From positions 30,690,001 to 30,754,000 of the forward strand of contig OZ024744.1 in NCBI GenBank assembly GCA_964016885.1: a stretch of DNA of 64,000 bases, in the 5' to 3' direction. This DNA is from Eledone cirrhosa (Eukaryota). The notes beneath the pieces were generated by a model, which had not been told where the DNA came from, did no database searches, and was given only the letters and a program-made list of their open reading frames with translations. Of this stretch, positions 41,861 to 57,300 are shown one piece after another (position 1 is the first letter of the stretch; each line of letters opens with the position of its first letter). The translations under genes were made by a program, and so were the position numbers.

Positions 41861-42730
41861 TTTTCTAATGAATGAAACATTTCTAGTCCTGTAGAATCTC
41901 ATCTATATTAACATTTTTTGACACCCAGATTACTGATGATTTCTAAAGAATGAAACAGTTCTAGTCCTGTAGAATCTCATCTATATTAACATTTTTTGAC
42001 ACCCAGATTACTGATGATTTCTAAATAATGAAACAGTTCTAGTCCTGTAGAATCTCATCTATATTAAAATTTTTTGACACCCAGATTCCTGATGATTTCT
42101 AAAGAATGAAACAGTTGTAGTTCAGTAGAATCTCATCTATATTAACACTTTTTGATACCCAGATTCCTGATGATTTCTAAAGAATGAAACACCTCTAGTC
42201 CTGTAGAACCTCATCTATATTAAACATTTTTGATACCCAGATTCCTGATGATTTCTAAAGAATGAAACAGTTCTAGTCCAGTAGAATCTCATCTATACTA
42301 AAAAATTTTGATACCCAGATTCCTGGTGATTTCTAAAGAATGAAACAGTTCTAGTCCTCTAGAATCTCATCTATATTAAAATTTTTTGATACCCAGATTC
42401 CTGATGATTTCTAAAGAATGAAACAGTTCTAGTCCTGTAGAATCTCATCTATATTAAAATTTTTTGATACCCAGATTCCTGATGATTTCTAAAGAATGAA
42501 ACAGTTCTAGTCCTGTAGAATCTCATGTATATTAAAATTTTTTGATACCCAGATTCCTGATGATTTCTAAAGAATGAAATAGTTCTAGTCCTGTAGAATC
42601 TCATCTATATTAACATTTTTTGATACCCAGATTCCTGATGATTTCTAAAGAATGAAACAGTGCTAGTCCTGTAGAATCTCATCTATATTAAAAATGTTTG
42701 ATACCCAGATTGCTGATGATTTCTAAAGAA
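39770..42730. repeat. 19-monomer tandem repeat (1,481 bp), also present truncated at ~35,170-37,260
   Basis: CTAGAGAATG at 35551/37032 and 40151/41632, TAAATAATG at 40541/42022, GCTAGTCC at 41181/42662. Confidence 0.9.
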
Positions 42731-45700
42731 TGAAACAGTTCTAGTCCTGTAGAATCTCATCTATATTAAAATTTTTTGATACACAGATTCCTGATGATTT
42801 CTAAAGAATGAAACAGTTCTAGTCCTGTAGAATCTCATATATAGTAAAAATTTTTGATACCCAGATTCCTGATGATTTCTAAAGAATGAAACAGTTCTAG
42901 TCCTGTAGAATCTCATCTATATTAAAGTTCTTTGATACACAGATTCCTGATGATTTCTAAAGAATGAAACAGTTCTAGTCCTGTAGAATCTCATGCATAT
43001 TAAAATTTTTTGATGCCCAGATTCCTGATAATTTCTAAAGAATGAAACAGTTGTAGTCCTGTAGAATCGCATCTATATTAAAATTTTTTGATACCCAGAT
43101 TCCTGATAATTTTTAAAGAATGAAACAGTTCTAGTCCTGTAGAATCTCATCTATATTAAAAATTTTTGATACCCAGATTCCTGATGATTTCTAAGAATGA
43201 AATAGTTCTAGTCCTGTAGAATCTCATCTATATTAACATTTTTTGATACCCAGATTCCTGATGATTTCTAAAGAATGAAACAGTTCTAGTCCTGTAGAAT
43301 CTCATCTATATTAACATTTTTTGATACCCAGATTCCTGATGATTTCTAAAGAATGAAACAGTTCTAGTCCTGTAGAATCTCATCTATATTAACATTTTTT
43401 GATACCCAGATGTCTGATGAATTCTAAAGAATGAAACAGTTCTAGTCCTGTAGAATCTCATCTATATTAAAATTTTTGGATAAACAGATTCCTGATGATT
43501 TCTAAAGAATGAAACAGTTCTAGTCCTTTAGAATCTCATCCATATTAAAATTTTTTGATACCCAGATTCCTGATGATTTCTAAAGAATGAAACAGTTCTA
43601 GTCCTGTAGAATCTCATCTATATTAAAATTTTTTGATACCCAGATTCCTGATGATTTCTAAAGAATGAAACAGTCCTAGTCGTGTAGAATCTCATCTATA
43701 TTAAACATTTGTGATACCCAGATTCCTGATGATTTCTAAAGAATGAAACAGTTCTCGTTCTGTAGAATCTCATCTATACTAAAATGTTTTGATACCCAGT
43801 TTCCTGATGATTTCTAATGAATGAAACATTTCTAGTCCTGTAGAATCTCATCTATATTAACATTTTTTGACACCCAGATTACTGATGATTTCTAAAGAAT
43901 GAAACAGTTCTAGTCCTGTAGAATCTCATCTATATTAAAATTTTTTGACACCCAGATTCCTGATGATTTCTAAAGAATGAAACAGTTGTAGTTCAGTAGA
44001 ATCTCATCTATATTAACACTTTTTGATACCCAGATTCCTGATGATTTCTAAAGAATGAAACATCTCTAGTCCTGTAAAACCTCATCTATATTAAACATTT
44101 TTTGACACCCAGATTCCTGATGATTTCTAAAGAATGAAACAGTTGTAGTTCAGTAGAATCTCATCCATATTAAAATTTTTTGATACCCAGATTCCTGATG
44201 ATTTCTAAAGAATGAAACAGTTCTAGTCCTGTAGAATCTAATCTATACAAAAAATTTTGATACCCAGATTCCTGGTGATTTCTAAAGAATGAAACAGTTC
44301 TAGTCCTCTAGAATCTCATCTATATTAACATTTTTTGACACCCAGATTCCTGATGATTTCTAAAGAATGAAACAGTTCTAGTCCTGTAGAATCTCATCTA
44401 TATTAACATTTTTTGACACCCAGATTCCTGATGATTTCTAAAGACTGAAACAGTTCTAGTCCTGTAGAATCTCATCTATATTAACATTTTTTGATACCCA
44501 GATTCCTGATGATTTCTAAAGAATGAAACAGTTCTAGTCCTTTAGAATCTCATCCACATTAAAATTTTTTGATACCCAGATTCCTGATGATTTCTAAAGA
44601 ATGAAACAGTTCTAGTCCTGTAGAATCTCATCTATATTAACATTTTTTGATACCCAGATTCCTGATGATTTCTAGAGAATGAAACAGTTCTAGTCCTGTA
44701 GAATCTCATCTATATTAACATTTTTGATACCCAGATTCCTGATGATTTCTAAAGAATGAAACAGTTCTAGTCCTGTAGAATCTCATCTATATTAACATTT
44801 TTTGACACCCAGATTCCTGATGATTTCTAAAGACTGAAACAGTTCTAGTCCTGTAGAATCTTATCTATATTAAAATTTTTTGATACCCAGATTCCTGATG
44901 TTTTCTAATGAATGAAACATTTCTAGTCCTGTAGAATCTCATCTATATTAACATTTTTTGACACCCAGATTACTGATGATTTCTAAAGAATGAAACAGTT
45001 CTAGTCCTGTAGAATCTCATCTATATTAACATTTTTTGACACCCAGATTACTGATGATTTCTAAAGAATGAAACAGTTCTAGTCCTGTAGAATCTCATCT
45101 ATATTAAAATATTTTGACACCCAGATTCCTGATGATTTCTAAAGAATGAAACAGTTGTAGTTCAGTAGAATCTCATCTATATTAACACTTTTTGATACCC
45201 AGATTCCTGATGATTTCTAAAGAATGAAACACCTCTAGTCCTGTAGAACCTCATCTATATTAAACATTTTTGATACCCAGATTCCTGATGATTTCTAAAG
45301 AATGAAACAGTTCTAGTCCAGTAGAATCTCATCTATACTAAAAATTTTTGATACCCAGATTCCTGGTGATTTCTAAAGAATGAAACAGTTCTAGTCCTCT
45401 AGAATCTCATCTATATTAAAATTTTTTGATACCCAGATTCCTGATGATTTCTAAAGAATGAAACAGTTCTAGTCCTGTAGAATCTCATCTATATTAAAAT
45501 TTTTTGATACCCAGATTCCTGATGATTTCTAAAGAATGAAACAGTTCTAGTCCTGTAGAATCTCATGTATATTAAAATTTTTTGATACCCAGATTCCTGA
45601 TGATTTCTAAAGAATGAAATAGTTCTAGTCCTGTAGAATCTCATCTATATTAACATTTTTTGATACCCAGATTCCTGATGATTTCTAAAGAATGAAACAG

Positions 45701-47140
45701 TGCTAGTCCTGTAGAATCTCATCTATATTAAAAATGTTTGATACCCAGATTGCTGATGATTTCTAAAGAATGAAACAGTTCTAGTCCTGTAGAATCTCAT
45801 CTATATTAAAATTCTTTGATACACAGATTCCTGATGATTTCTAAAGAATGAAACAGTTCTAGTCCTGTAGAATCTCATATATAGTAAAAATTTTTGATAC
45901 CCAGATTCCTGATGATTTCTAAAGAATGAAACAGTTCTAGTCCTGTAGAATCTCATCTATATTAAAATTCTTTGATACACAGATTCCTGATGATTTCTAA
46001 AGAATGAAACAGTTCTAGTCCTGTAGAATCTCATGCATATTAAAATTTTTTGATGCCCAGATTCCTGATAATTTCTAAAGAATGAAACAGTTGTAGTCCT
46101 GTAGAATCGCATCTATATTAAAATTTTTTGATACCCAGATTCCTGATAATTTTTAAAGAATGAAACAGTTCTAGTCCTGTAGAATCTAATCTATATTAAA
46201 AATTTTTGATACCCAGATTCCTGATGATTTCTAAGAATGAAATAGTTCTAGTCCTGTAGAATCTCATCTATATTAACATTTTTTGATACCCAGATTCCTG
46301 ATGATTTCTAAAGAATGAAACAGTTCTAGTCCTGTAGAATCTCATCTATATTAACATTTTTTGATACCCAGATTCCTGATGATTTCTAAAGAATGAAACA
46401 GTTCTAGTCCTGTAGAATCTCATCTATATTAACATTTTTTGATACCCAGATGTCTAATGAATTCTAAAGAATGAAACAGTTCTAGTCCTGTAGAATCTCA
46501 TCTATATTAAAATTTTTGGATAACCAGATTCCTGATGATTTCTAAAGAATGAAACAGTTCTAGTCCTTTAGAATCTCATCCATATTAAAATTTTTTGATA
46601 CCCAGATTCCTGATGATTTCTAAAGAATGAAACAGTTCTAGTCCTGTAGAATCTCATCTATATTAAAATTTTTTGATACCCAGATTCCTGATGATTTCTA
46701 AAGAATGAAACAGTCCTAGTCGTGTAGAATCTCATCTATATTAAACATTTGTGATACCCAGATTCCTGATGATTTCTAAAGAATGAAACAGTTCTCGTTC
46801 TGTAGAATCTCATCTATACTAAAATGTTTTGATACCCAGTTTCCTGATGATTTCTAATGAATGAAACATTTCTAGTCCTGTAGAATCTCATCTATATTAA
46901 CATTTTTTGACACCCAGATTACTGATGATTTCTAAAGAATGAAACAGTTCTAGTCCTGTAGAATCTCATCTATATTAAAATTTTTTGACACCCAGATTCC
47001 TGATGATTTCTAAAGAATGAAACAGTTGTAGTTCAGTAGAATCTCATCTATATTAACACTTTTTGATACCCAGATTCCTGATGATTTCTAAAGAATGAAA
47101 CATCTCTAGTCCTGTAGAACCTCATCTATATTAAACATTT
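41550..47140. repeat. 39-monomer repeat (3,040 bp), with a further partial copy at a 2,885-bp offset (~48,580-49,390)
   Basis: CTAGAGAATG 41632/44672, GCTAGTCC 42662/45702/48587, GTAGAATCGC 43061/46101/48986. Confidence 0.88.
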
Positions 47141-50100
47141 TTGATACCCAGATTCCTGATGATTTCTAAAGAATGAAACAGTTCTAGTCCTTTAGAATCT
47201 CATCCATATTAAAATTTTTTGATACCCAGATTCCTGATGATTTCTAAAGAATGAAACAGTTCTAGTCCTCTAGAATCTCATCTATATTAACATTTTTTGA
47301 CACCCAGATTCCTGATGATTTCTAAAGAATGAAACAGTTCTAGTCCTGTAGAATCTCATCTATATTAAAATTTTTGGATAACCAGATTCCTGATGATTTC
47401 TAAAGAATGAAACAGTTCTAGTCCTTTAGAATCTCATCCATATTAAAATTTTTTGATACCCAGATTCCTGATGATTTCTAAAGAATGAAACAGTTCTAGT
47501 CCTGTAGAATCTCATCTATATTAAAATTTTTTGTTACCCAGATTCCTGATGATTTCTAAAGAATGAAACAGTCCTAGTCGTGTAGAATCTCATCTATATT
47601 AAACATTTGTGATACCCAGATTCCTGATGATTTCTAAAGAATGAAACAGTTCTCGTTCTGTAGAATCTCATCTATATTAAAAAATTTTGATACCCAGATT
47701 CCTGATGTTTTCTAAAGAATGAAACAGTTCTAGTCCTGTAGAATATCATCTATACTAAAATGTTTTGATACCCAGTTTGCTGATGATTTCTAATGAATGA
47801 AACATTTCTCGTCCGGTAGAATCTCATCTATATTAAAATTTGTTGATACCCAGATTCCTGATGATTTCTAAAGAATGAAACAGTTCTAGTCCTGTAGAAT
47901 CTCATCTATACTAACATTTTTTGATACCCAGATTCCTGGTGATTTCTAAAGAATGAAACAGTTCTCGTACTGTAGAATCTCATCTATATTAAAAAATTTT
48001 GATACACAGATTCCTGATGTTTTCTAAAGAATGAAACAGTTCTAGTCCTGTAGAATATCATCTATATTAAAATTTTTTGATACCCAGATTCCTGATGATT
48101 TCTAAAGAATGAAACACCTCTAGTCCTGTAGAACCTCATCTAAATTAAACATTTTTGATACCCAGATTCCTGATGATTTCTAAAGAATGAAACAGTCCTA
48201 GTCGTGTAGAATCTCATCTATATTAAACATTTGTGATACCCAGATTCCTGATGATTTCTAAAGAATGAAACAGTTCTCGTTCTGTAGAATCTCATCTATA
48301 CTAAAATGTTTTGATACCCAGTTTCCTGATGATTTCTAATGAATGAAACATTTCTAGTCCTGTAGAATCTCATCTATATTAACATTTTTTGACACCCAGA
48401 TTACTGATGATTTCTAAAGAATGAAACAGTTCTAGTCCTGTAGAATCTCATCTATATTAAAATTTTTTGACACCCAGATTCCTGATGATTTCTAAAGAAT
48501 GAAACAGTTGTAGTTCAGTAGAATCTCATCTATATTAACACTTTTTGATACCCAGATTCCTGATGATTTCTAAAGAATGAAACAGTGCTAGTCCTGTAGA
48601 ATCTCATCTATATTAAAAATGTTTGATACCCAGATTGCTGATGATTTCTAAAGAATGAAACAGTTCTAGTCCTGTAGAATCTCATCTATATTAAAATTCT
48701 TTGATACACAGATTCCTGATGATTTCTAAAGAATGAAACAGTTCTAGTCCTGTAGAATCTCATATATAGTAAAAATTTTTGATACCCAGATTCCTGATGA
48801 TTTCTAAAGAATGAAACAGTTCTAGTCCTGTAGAATCTCATCTATATTAAAATTCTTTGATACACAGATTCCTGATGATTTCTAAAGAATGAAACAGTTC
48901 TAGTCCTGTAGAATCTCATGCATATTAAAATTTTTTGATGCCCAGATTCCTGATAATTTCTAAAGAATGAAACAGTTGTAGTCCTGTAGAATCGCATCTA
49001 TATTAAAATTTTTTGATACCCAGATTCCTGATAATTTTTAAAGAATGAAACAGTTCTAGTCCTGTAGAATCTAATCTATATTAAAAATTTTTGATACCCA
49101 GATTCCTGATGATTTCTAAGAATGAAATAGTTCTAGTCCTGTAGAATCTCATCTATATTAACATTTTTTGATACCCAGATTCCTGATGATTTCTAAAGAA
49201 TGAAACAGTTCTAGTCCTGTAGAATCTCATCTATATTAACATTTTTTGATACCCAGATTCCTGATGATTTCTAAAGAATGAAACAGTTCTAGTCCTGTAG
49301 AATCTCATCTATATTAACATTTTTTGATACCCAGATGTCTGATGAATTCTAAAGAATGAAACAGTTCTAGTCCTGTAGAATCTCATCTATACTAACATTT
49401 TTTGATACCCAGATTCCTGGTGATTTCTAAAGAATGAAACAGTTCTCGTCCTGTAGAATCTCATCTATATTAAAAAATTTTGATACACAGATTCCTGATG
49501 TTTTCTAAAGAATGAAACAGTTCTAGTCCTGTAGAATATCATCTATATTAAAATTTTTTGATACCCAGATTCCTGATGATTTCTAAAGAATGAAACAGTT
49601 CTAGTCCTGTAGAACCTCATCTATATTAACATTTTTGATACCCAGATTCCTGATGATTTCTAAAGAATGAAACACCTCTAGTCCTGTAGAACCTCATCTA
49701 AATTAAACATTTTTGATACCCAGATTCCTGATGATTTCTAAAGAATGAAACAGTTCTAGTCCTGTAGAATCTCATATATATTAACATTTTTTGACACCCA
49801 GATTCCTGATGATTTCTAAAGAATGAAACAGTCCTAGTCGTGTAGAATCTCATCTATGTTAAACATTTGTGAAACCCAGATTCCTGATGATTTCTAAAGA
49901 ATGAAACAGTTCTCGTCCTGTAGAATCTCATCTATATTAAAAAATTTTGATACACAGATTCCTGATGTTTTCGAAAGAATGAAACAGTTCTAGTCCTGTT
50001 GAATATCATCTATATTAACATTTTTTGATACCCAGTTTCCTGATGATTTCTAATGAATGAAACAGTTCTAGTCCTGTAGAATCTCATCTATATTAACATT

Positions 50101-51329
50101 TTTTGACACCCAGATTCCTGATGATTTCTAAAGAATGAAACAGTTCTAGTCCTGTAGAATCTCATCTATATTAAAATTTTTTGACACCCAGATTCCTGAT
50201 GATTTCTAAAGAATGAAACAGTTGTAGTTCAGTAGAATCTCATCTATATTAACACTTTTTGATACCCAGATTCCTGATGATTTCTAAAGAATGAAACAGT
50301 TCTAGTCCTGTAGAATCTCATCTATACTAAGAATTTTTGATACCCAGATTCCTGGTGATTTCTAAAGAATGAAACAGTTCTAGTCCTGTAGAATCTCATC
50401 TATATTAACATTTTTTGATACCCAGATGTCTGATGAATTCTAAAGAATGAAACAGTTCTAGTCCTGTAGAATCTCATCTATATAAATATTTTTTGATACA
50501 CCCCAGATTCCTGATGATTTCTAAAGAATGAAACAGTTCTAGTCCTGTAGAATCTCATCTATATTAACATTTTTTGATACCCAGATTCCTGATGATTTCT
50601 AAAGAATGAAACAGTTCTAGTCCTGTAGAATCTCATCAATATTAAAAATGTTTGATACCCAGATTGCTGATGATTGTTAAAGAATGAAACAGTTCTAGTC
50701 CTGTAGAATCTCATCTATATTAACATTTTTTGATACCCAGATGTCTGATGAATTCTAAAGAATGAAACAGTTCTAGTCCTGTAGAATCTCATCTATATTA
50801 AAATTTTTTGATACCCAGATTCCTGATGATTTCTAAAGAATTAAAAAGTTCTAGTCCTTTAGAATCTCCTCCATATAAAAATTTTCTGATACCCAGATTC
50901 CTGATGATTTCTAAAGAATGAAACAGTTCTAGTCCTGTAGAATCTCATGTATATTAAAATGTTTTGATACCCAGATTTCTGATGATTTCTAAAGAATGAA
51001 ACAGTTCTAGTCCTCTAGAATTTCATCTATACTAAGAATTTTTGATATCCAGATTTCTGGTGATTTCTAAAGAATGAAACAGTTCTAGTCCTGTAGAATC
51101 TCATCCATATTAAAAATTTGTGATACCCAGATTCCTGATGATTTCTAAAGAATGAAACAGTTCTAGTCCTGTCGAATATCATCTATATTAACATTTTTTG
51201 ATACCCAGTTTCCTGATGATTTCTAATAAATGAAACAGTTCTAGTCCTGTAGAATCTCATCTATATTAACATTTTTCACACCCAGATACCTGATGATTTC
51301 TAAAGAATGAAACAGTTCTAGTCCTTTAG

Positions 51330-54300
51330 AATCTCATCTATATTAACATTTTTTGATAAGCAGATTCCTGATGATTTCTAAAGAATGAAACAGTTCTAGT
51401 CCTGTAGAATCTCTTCTATATTAATATTTTTTGATACGCAGATTCCTGATGATTTCTAAAGAATGAAACAGTTCTAGTCCTGTAGAATCTCATCTATATT
51501 AACATTTTTTGATACCCAGATTCCTGATGAATTCTAAAGAATGAAACAGTTCTAGTACTGTAGAATCTCATCTATATTAAACATTTTTGATACCCAGATT
51601 CTTGATGATTTCTAAAGAATGAAACAGTTCTAGTCCGGTAGAATCTCATCTATATTAAAATTTTTTTATACCCAGATTCCTGATCATTTCTAAAGAATGA
51701 AACAGTTCTAGTCCTGTAGAATCTCATCTATATTAACATTTTTGATACCCAGATTCCTGATGATTTCTAAAGAATGAAACAGTTCTCGTCCTGTAGTATC
51801 TCATCTATATTAAAATTTTTTGATACCAGATTCCTGATAATTTCTAAAGAATGAAACAGTTCTAGTCCTGTAGAATCTCATCTATATTAAAAATTTTTGA
51901 TACCCAGATTCCTGATGATTTCTAAAGAATAAAACAGTTCTCGTCCTGTAGAATCTCATCTATATTAAAAAATTTTGATACCCAGATTCCTGATGATTTC
52001 TAAAGAATAAAACAGTTCTAGTCCTGTAGAATCTCATCTATACTAAGAATTTTTGATACCCAGATTCCTGGTGATTTCTAAAGAATGAAACAGTTCTAGT
52101 CCTGTAGAATCTCATCTATATTAAAAAATTTTGATACCCAGATTCCTGATGATTTCTAAAGAATGAAACACCTCTAGTCCTGTAGAACCTCATCTATATT
52201 AAAAATGTTTGATACCCAGATTCCTGATGATTTCTAAAGAATGAAACAGTTCTAGTCCTGTAGAATCTCATCTATATAAACATTTTTTGATACCCAGATT
52301 CCTGATGATTTCTAAAGAATGAAACAGTTCTAGTCCTGTAGAATCTCATCTATATTAAAACTTTTGATACCCAGATTCCTGATGATTTCTAAAGAACGAA
52401 ACAGTTCTAGTCCTGTAGATTCTCATCTATATAAAACATTTTTGATACCCAGATTCCTGATGATTTCTAAAGAATGAAACAGTTTTAGTCCTGTAGAATC
52501 TCATCTATATAAATATTTTTTGATACCCCCCAGATTCCTGATGATTTCTAAAGAATGAAACAGTTCTAGTCCTGTAGAATCTCATCTATATAAACATTTT
52601 TTGATACCCAGATTCCTGATGATTTCTAAAGAATGAAACAGTTCTAGTCCTGTAGAATCTCATCTATATTAACAATTTTTGATACCCAGATTCCCGATGA
52701 TTTCTAAAGAATGAAACAGTTCTAGTCCTGTAGAATCTCATCTATATTAAAATTTTTTGATACCCAGATTTGTGATAATTTCTAAAGAATGAAACAGTTC
52801 TAGTCCTGTAGAATCTCATCTATATTAACATTTTTTGATACCCAGATTCCTGATGATTTCTAAAGAATGAAACAGTTCTAGTCCTGTAGAATCTCATCTA
52901 TATTAAAAATGTTTGATACCCAGATTGCTGATGATTGCTAAAGAATGAAACAGTTCTAGTCCTGTAGAATCTCATCTATATTAACATATTTTGATACCCA
53001 GATGTCTGATGAATTCTAAAGAATGAAACAGTTCTAGTCCTGTAGAATCTCATCTATATTAAAATTTTTGGATACCCAGATTGCTGATGATTTCTAAAGA
53101 ATGAAACAGTTCTAGTCCTGTAGAATCTCATATATATTAACATTTTTTGACACCCAGATTCCTGATGATTTCTAAAGAATGAAACAGTCCTAGTCGTGTA
53201 GAATCTCATCTATGTTAAACATTTGTGATACCCAGATTCCTGATGATTTCTAAAGAATGGAACAGTTCTAGTCCTGTCGAATATTATCTATATTAACATT
53301 TTTTGATACCCAGTTTCCTGATGATTTCTAATAAATGAAACAGTTCTAGTCCTGTAGAATCTCATCTATATTAACATTTTTCACACCCAGATACCTGATG
53401 ATTTCTAAAGAATGAAACAGTTCTAGTCCTTTAGAATCTCATCTATATTAACATTTTTTGATAAGCAGATTCCTGATGATTTCTAAAGAATGAAACAGTT
53501 CTAGTCCTGTAGAATCTCTTCTATATTAATATTTTTTGATACGCAGATTCCTGATGATTTCTAAAGAATGAAACAGTTCTAGTCCTGTAGAATCTCATCT
53601 ATATTAACATTTTTTGATACCCAGATTCCTGATGAATTCTAAAGAATGAAACAGTTCTAGTACTGTAGAATCTCATCTATATTAAAAATTTTTGATACCC
53701 AGATTCTTGATGATTTTTAAAGAATGAAACAGTTCTAGTCCGGTAGAATCTCATCTATATTAACATTTTTTTATACCCAGATTCCTGATCATTTCTAAAG
53801 AATGAAACAGTTCTAGTCCTGTAGAATCTCATCTATATTAACATTTTTGATACCCAGATTCCTGATGATTTCTAAAGAATGAAACAGTTCTCGTCCTGTA
53901 GTATCTCATCTATATTAAAATTTTTTGATACCAGATTCCTGATAATTTCTAAAGAATGAAACAGTTCTAGTCCTGTAGAATCTCATCTATATTAAAAATT
54001 TTTGATACCCAGATTCCTGATGATTTCTAAAGAATAAAACAGTTCTCGTCCTGTAGAATCTCATCTATATAAACATTTTTTGATACCCAGATTCCTGATG
54101 ATTTCTAAAGAATAAAACAGTTCTAGTCCTGTAGAATCTCATCTATACTAAGAATTTTTGATACCCAGATTCCTGGTGATTTCTAAAGAATGAAACAGTT
54201 CTAGTCCTGTAGAATCTCATCTATATTAAAAAATTTTGATACCCAGATTCCTGATGATTTCTAAAGAATGAAACACCTCTAGTCCTGTAGAACCTCATCT

Positions 54301-57300
54301 ATATTAAAAATGTTTGATACCCAGATTCCTGATGATTTCTAAAGAATGAAACAGTTCTAGTCCTGTAGAATCTCATCTATATAAACATTTTTTGATACCC
54401 AGATTCCTGATGATTTCTAAAGAATGAAACAGTTCTAGTCCTGTAGAATCTCATCTATATTAAAACTTTTGATACCCAGATTCCTGATGATTTCTAAAGA
54501 ACGAAACAGTTCTAGTCCTGTAGATTCTCATCTATATTAAACTTTTTTGATACCTAGATTCCTGATAATTTCTAAAGAATGAAACAGTTCTAGTCCGGTA
54601 GAATCTCATCTATATTAACATTTTTTGATACGCAGATTCCTGATGATTTCTAAAGAATGAAACAGTTCTAGTCCTGTAGATTCTCATCTATATTAAACTT
54701 TTTTGATACCCAGATTCCTGATGATTTCTAAAGAATGAAACAGTTCTAGTCCTCTAGAATCTCATCTATATTAACATTTTTTGGATTCCCACATTCCTGA
54801 CGATTTCTAAAGAATGAAACAGTTCTAGTCCTTTAGAATCTCATCCATATTAAAATTTTTTGATACCCAGATTCCTGATGATTTCTAAATAAATGAACAG
54901 TTCTAGTCCTGTAGAACCTCATCTATATTAACATTTTTTGATACCCAGATTCCTGATGATTTCTAAAGAATGAAACAGTTCTAGTCCTGTAGAATCTCAT
55001 ATATATTAACATTTTTTGACACCCAGATTCCTGATGATTTCTAAAGAATGAAACAGTCCTAGTCGTGTAGAATCTCATCTATATTAAACATTTGTGATAC
55101 CCAGATTCCTGATGATTTCTAAAGAATGAAACAGTTCTCGTCCTGTAGAATCTCATCTATATTAAAAAATTTTGATACCCAGATTCCTGATGTTATCTAA
55201 AGAATGAAACAGTTCTAGTCCTGTAAAATATCATCTATATTAAAATTTTTTGATACCCAGTTTCCTGATGATTTCTAATGAATGAAAACAGTTCTAGTCC
55301 TGTAGAATCTCATCTATATTAACATTTTTTGACACCCAATATTCCTGATGATTTCTAAAGAATGAAACAGTTCTAGTCCGGTAGAATCTCATGTATATTA
55401 AAATTTTTTGACACCCAGATTCCTGATGATTTCTAAAGAATGAAATAGTTGTAGTTCAGTAGAATCTCATCTATATTAACACTTTTTGATACCCAGATTC
55501 CTGATGATTTCTAAAGAATGAAACAGTTCTAGTCCTGTAGAATCTCATCTATACTAAGAATTTTTGATACCCAGATTCCTGGTGATTTCTAAAGAATGAA
55601 ACACTTCTAGTCCTGTAGAATCTCATCTATATTAAACATTTTTGATACCCAGATTCCTGATGATTTCTAAAGAATGAAACATCTCTAGTCCTGTAGAACT
55701 TCATCTATATTAAAAATTTTTGATACCCAGATTCCTGATGATTTCTAAAGAATGAAACAGTTCTAGTCCTGTAGAATCTCATCTATATAAACATTTTTTG
55801 ATACCCAGATTCCTGATGATTTCTAAAGAATGAAACAGTTCTAGTCCTGTAGAATCTCATCTATATTAAAACTTTTGATACCCAGATTCCTGATGATTTC
55901 TAAAGAATGAAGCAGTTCTCGTCCTGTAGAATCTCATCTATATTAAAAATTTTTGATACCCAGATTCCTGATGATTTCTAAAGAATGAAACAGTTCTAGT
56001 CCTGTAGAATCTCATCTATATTAACATTTTTTGACACCCAGATTCCTGATAATTTCTAAAGAATGAAACAGTTCTAGTCCTGTAGAATCTCATCTATATT
56101 AACATTTTTGATACCCATATACCTGATGATTTCTAAAGAATGAAACAGTTCTAGTCCAGTATGAATCTCATCTATATAAAAAAATGTTGATACACAGATT
56201 CCTTATGATTTCTAAAGAATGAAACAGTTCTAGTCCGGTAGAATCTCATCTATATTAACATTTTTTTATACGCAGATTCCTGATGATTTCTAAAGAATGA
56301 AACATCTCTAGTCCTGTAGAACTTCATCTATATTAAAAATTTTTGATACCCAGATTCCTGATGATTTCTATAGAATGAAACAGTTCTAGTCCTGTAGAAT
56401 CTCATCTATATAAACATTTTTTGATACCCAGATTCCTGATGATTTCTAAAGAATGAAACAGTTCTAGTCCTGTAGAATCTCATCTATATTAAAACTTTTG
56501 ATACCCAGATTCCTGATGATTTCTAAAGAATGAAGCAGTTCTCGTCCTGTAGAATCTCATCTATATTAAAAATTTTTGATACCCAGATTCCTGATGATTT
56601 CTAAAGAATGAAACAGTTCTAGTCCTGTAGAATCTCATCTATATTAACATTTTTTGACACCCAGATTCCTGATAATTTCTAAAGAATGAAACAGTTCTAG
56701 TCCTGTAGAATCTCATCTATATTAACATTTTTGATACCCATATACCTGATGATTTCTAAAGAATGAAACAGTTCTAGTCCAGTATGAATCTCATCTATAT
56801 AAAAAAATGTTGATACACAGATTCGTTATGATTTCTAAAGAATGAAACAGTTCTAGTCCGGTAGAATCTCATCTATATTAACATTTTTTTATACGCAGAT
56901 TCCTGATGATTTCTAAAGAATGAAACAGTTCTAGTCTTGTAGAATCTCATCTATATTAACATTTTTGATACCCAGATTCCTGATGATTTCTAAAGAATGA
57001 AACAGTTCTAGTCCTGTAAAATCTCATCTATATAAAAAAATGTTGATACACAGATTCCTTATGATTTCTAAAGAATGAAATAGTTCTAGTCCTGTAGAAT
57101 CTCATCTATATTAACATTTTTTGATGCCCAGATTCCTGATGATTTCTAAAGAATGAAACAGTTCTAGTCCTGTAGAATCTCATTTATATTAAAATTTTTT
57201 GATACCCAGATTCCTGATGATTTCTAATGAATGAAACAGTTCTAGTCCTGTAGAATCTCATCTATATTAACATTTTTTGATAAGCAGATTCCTGATGATT

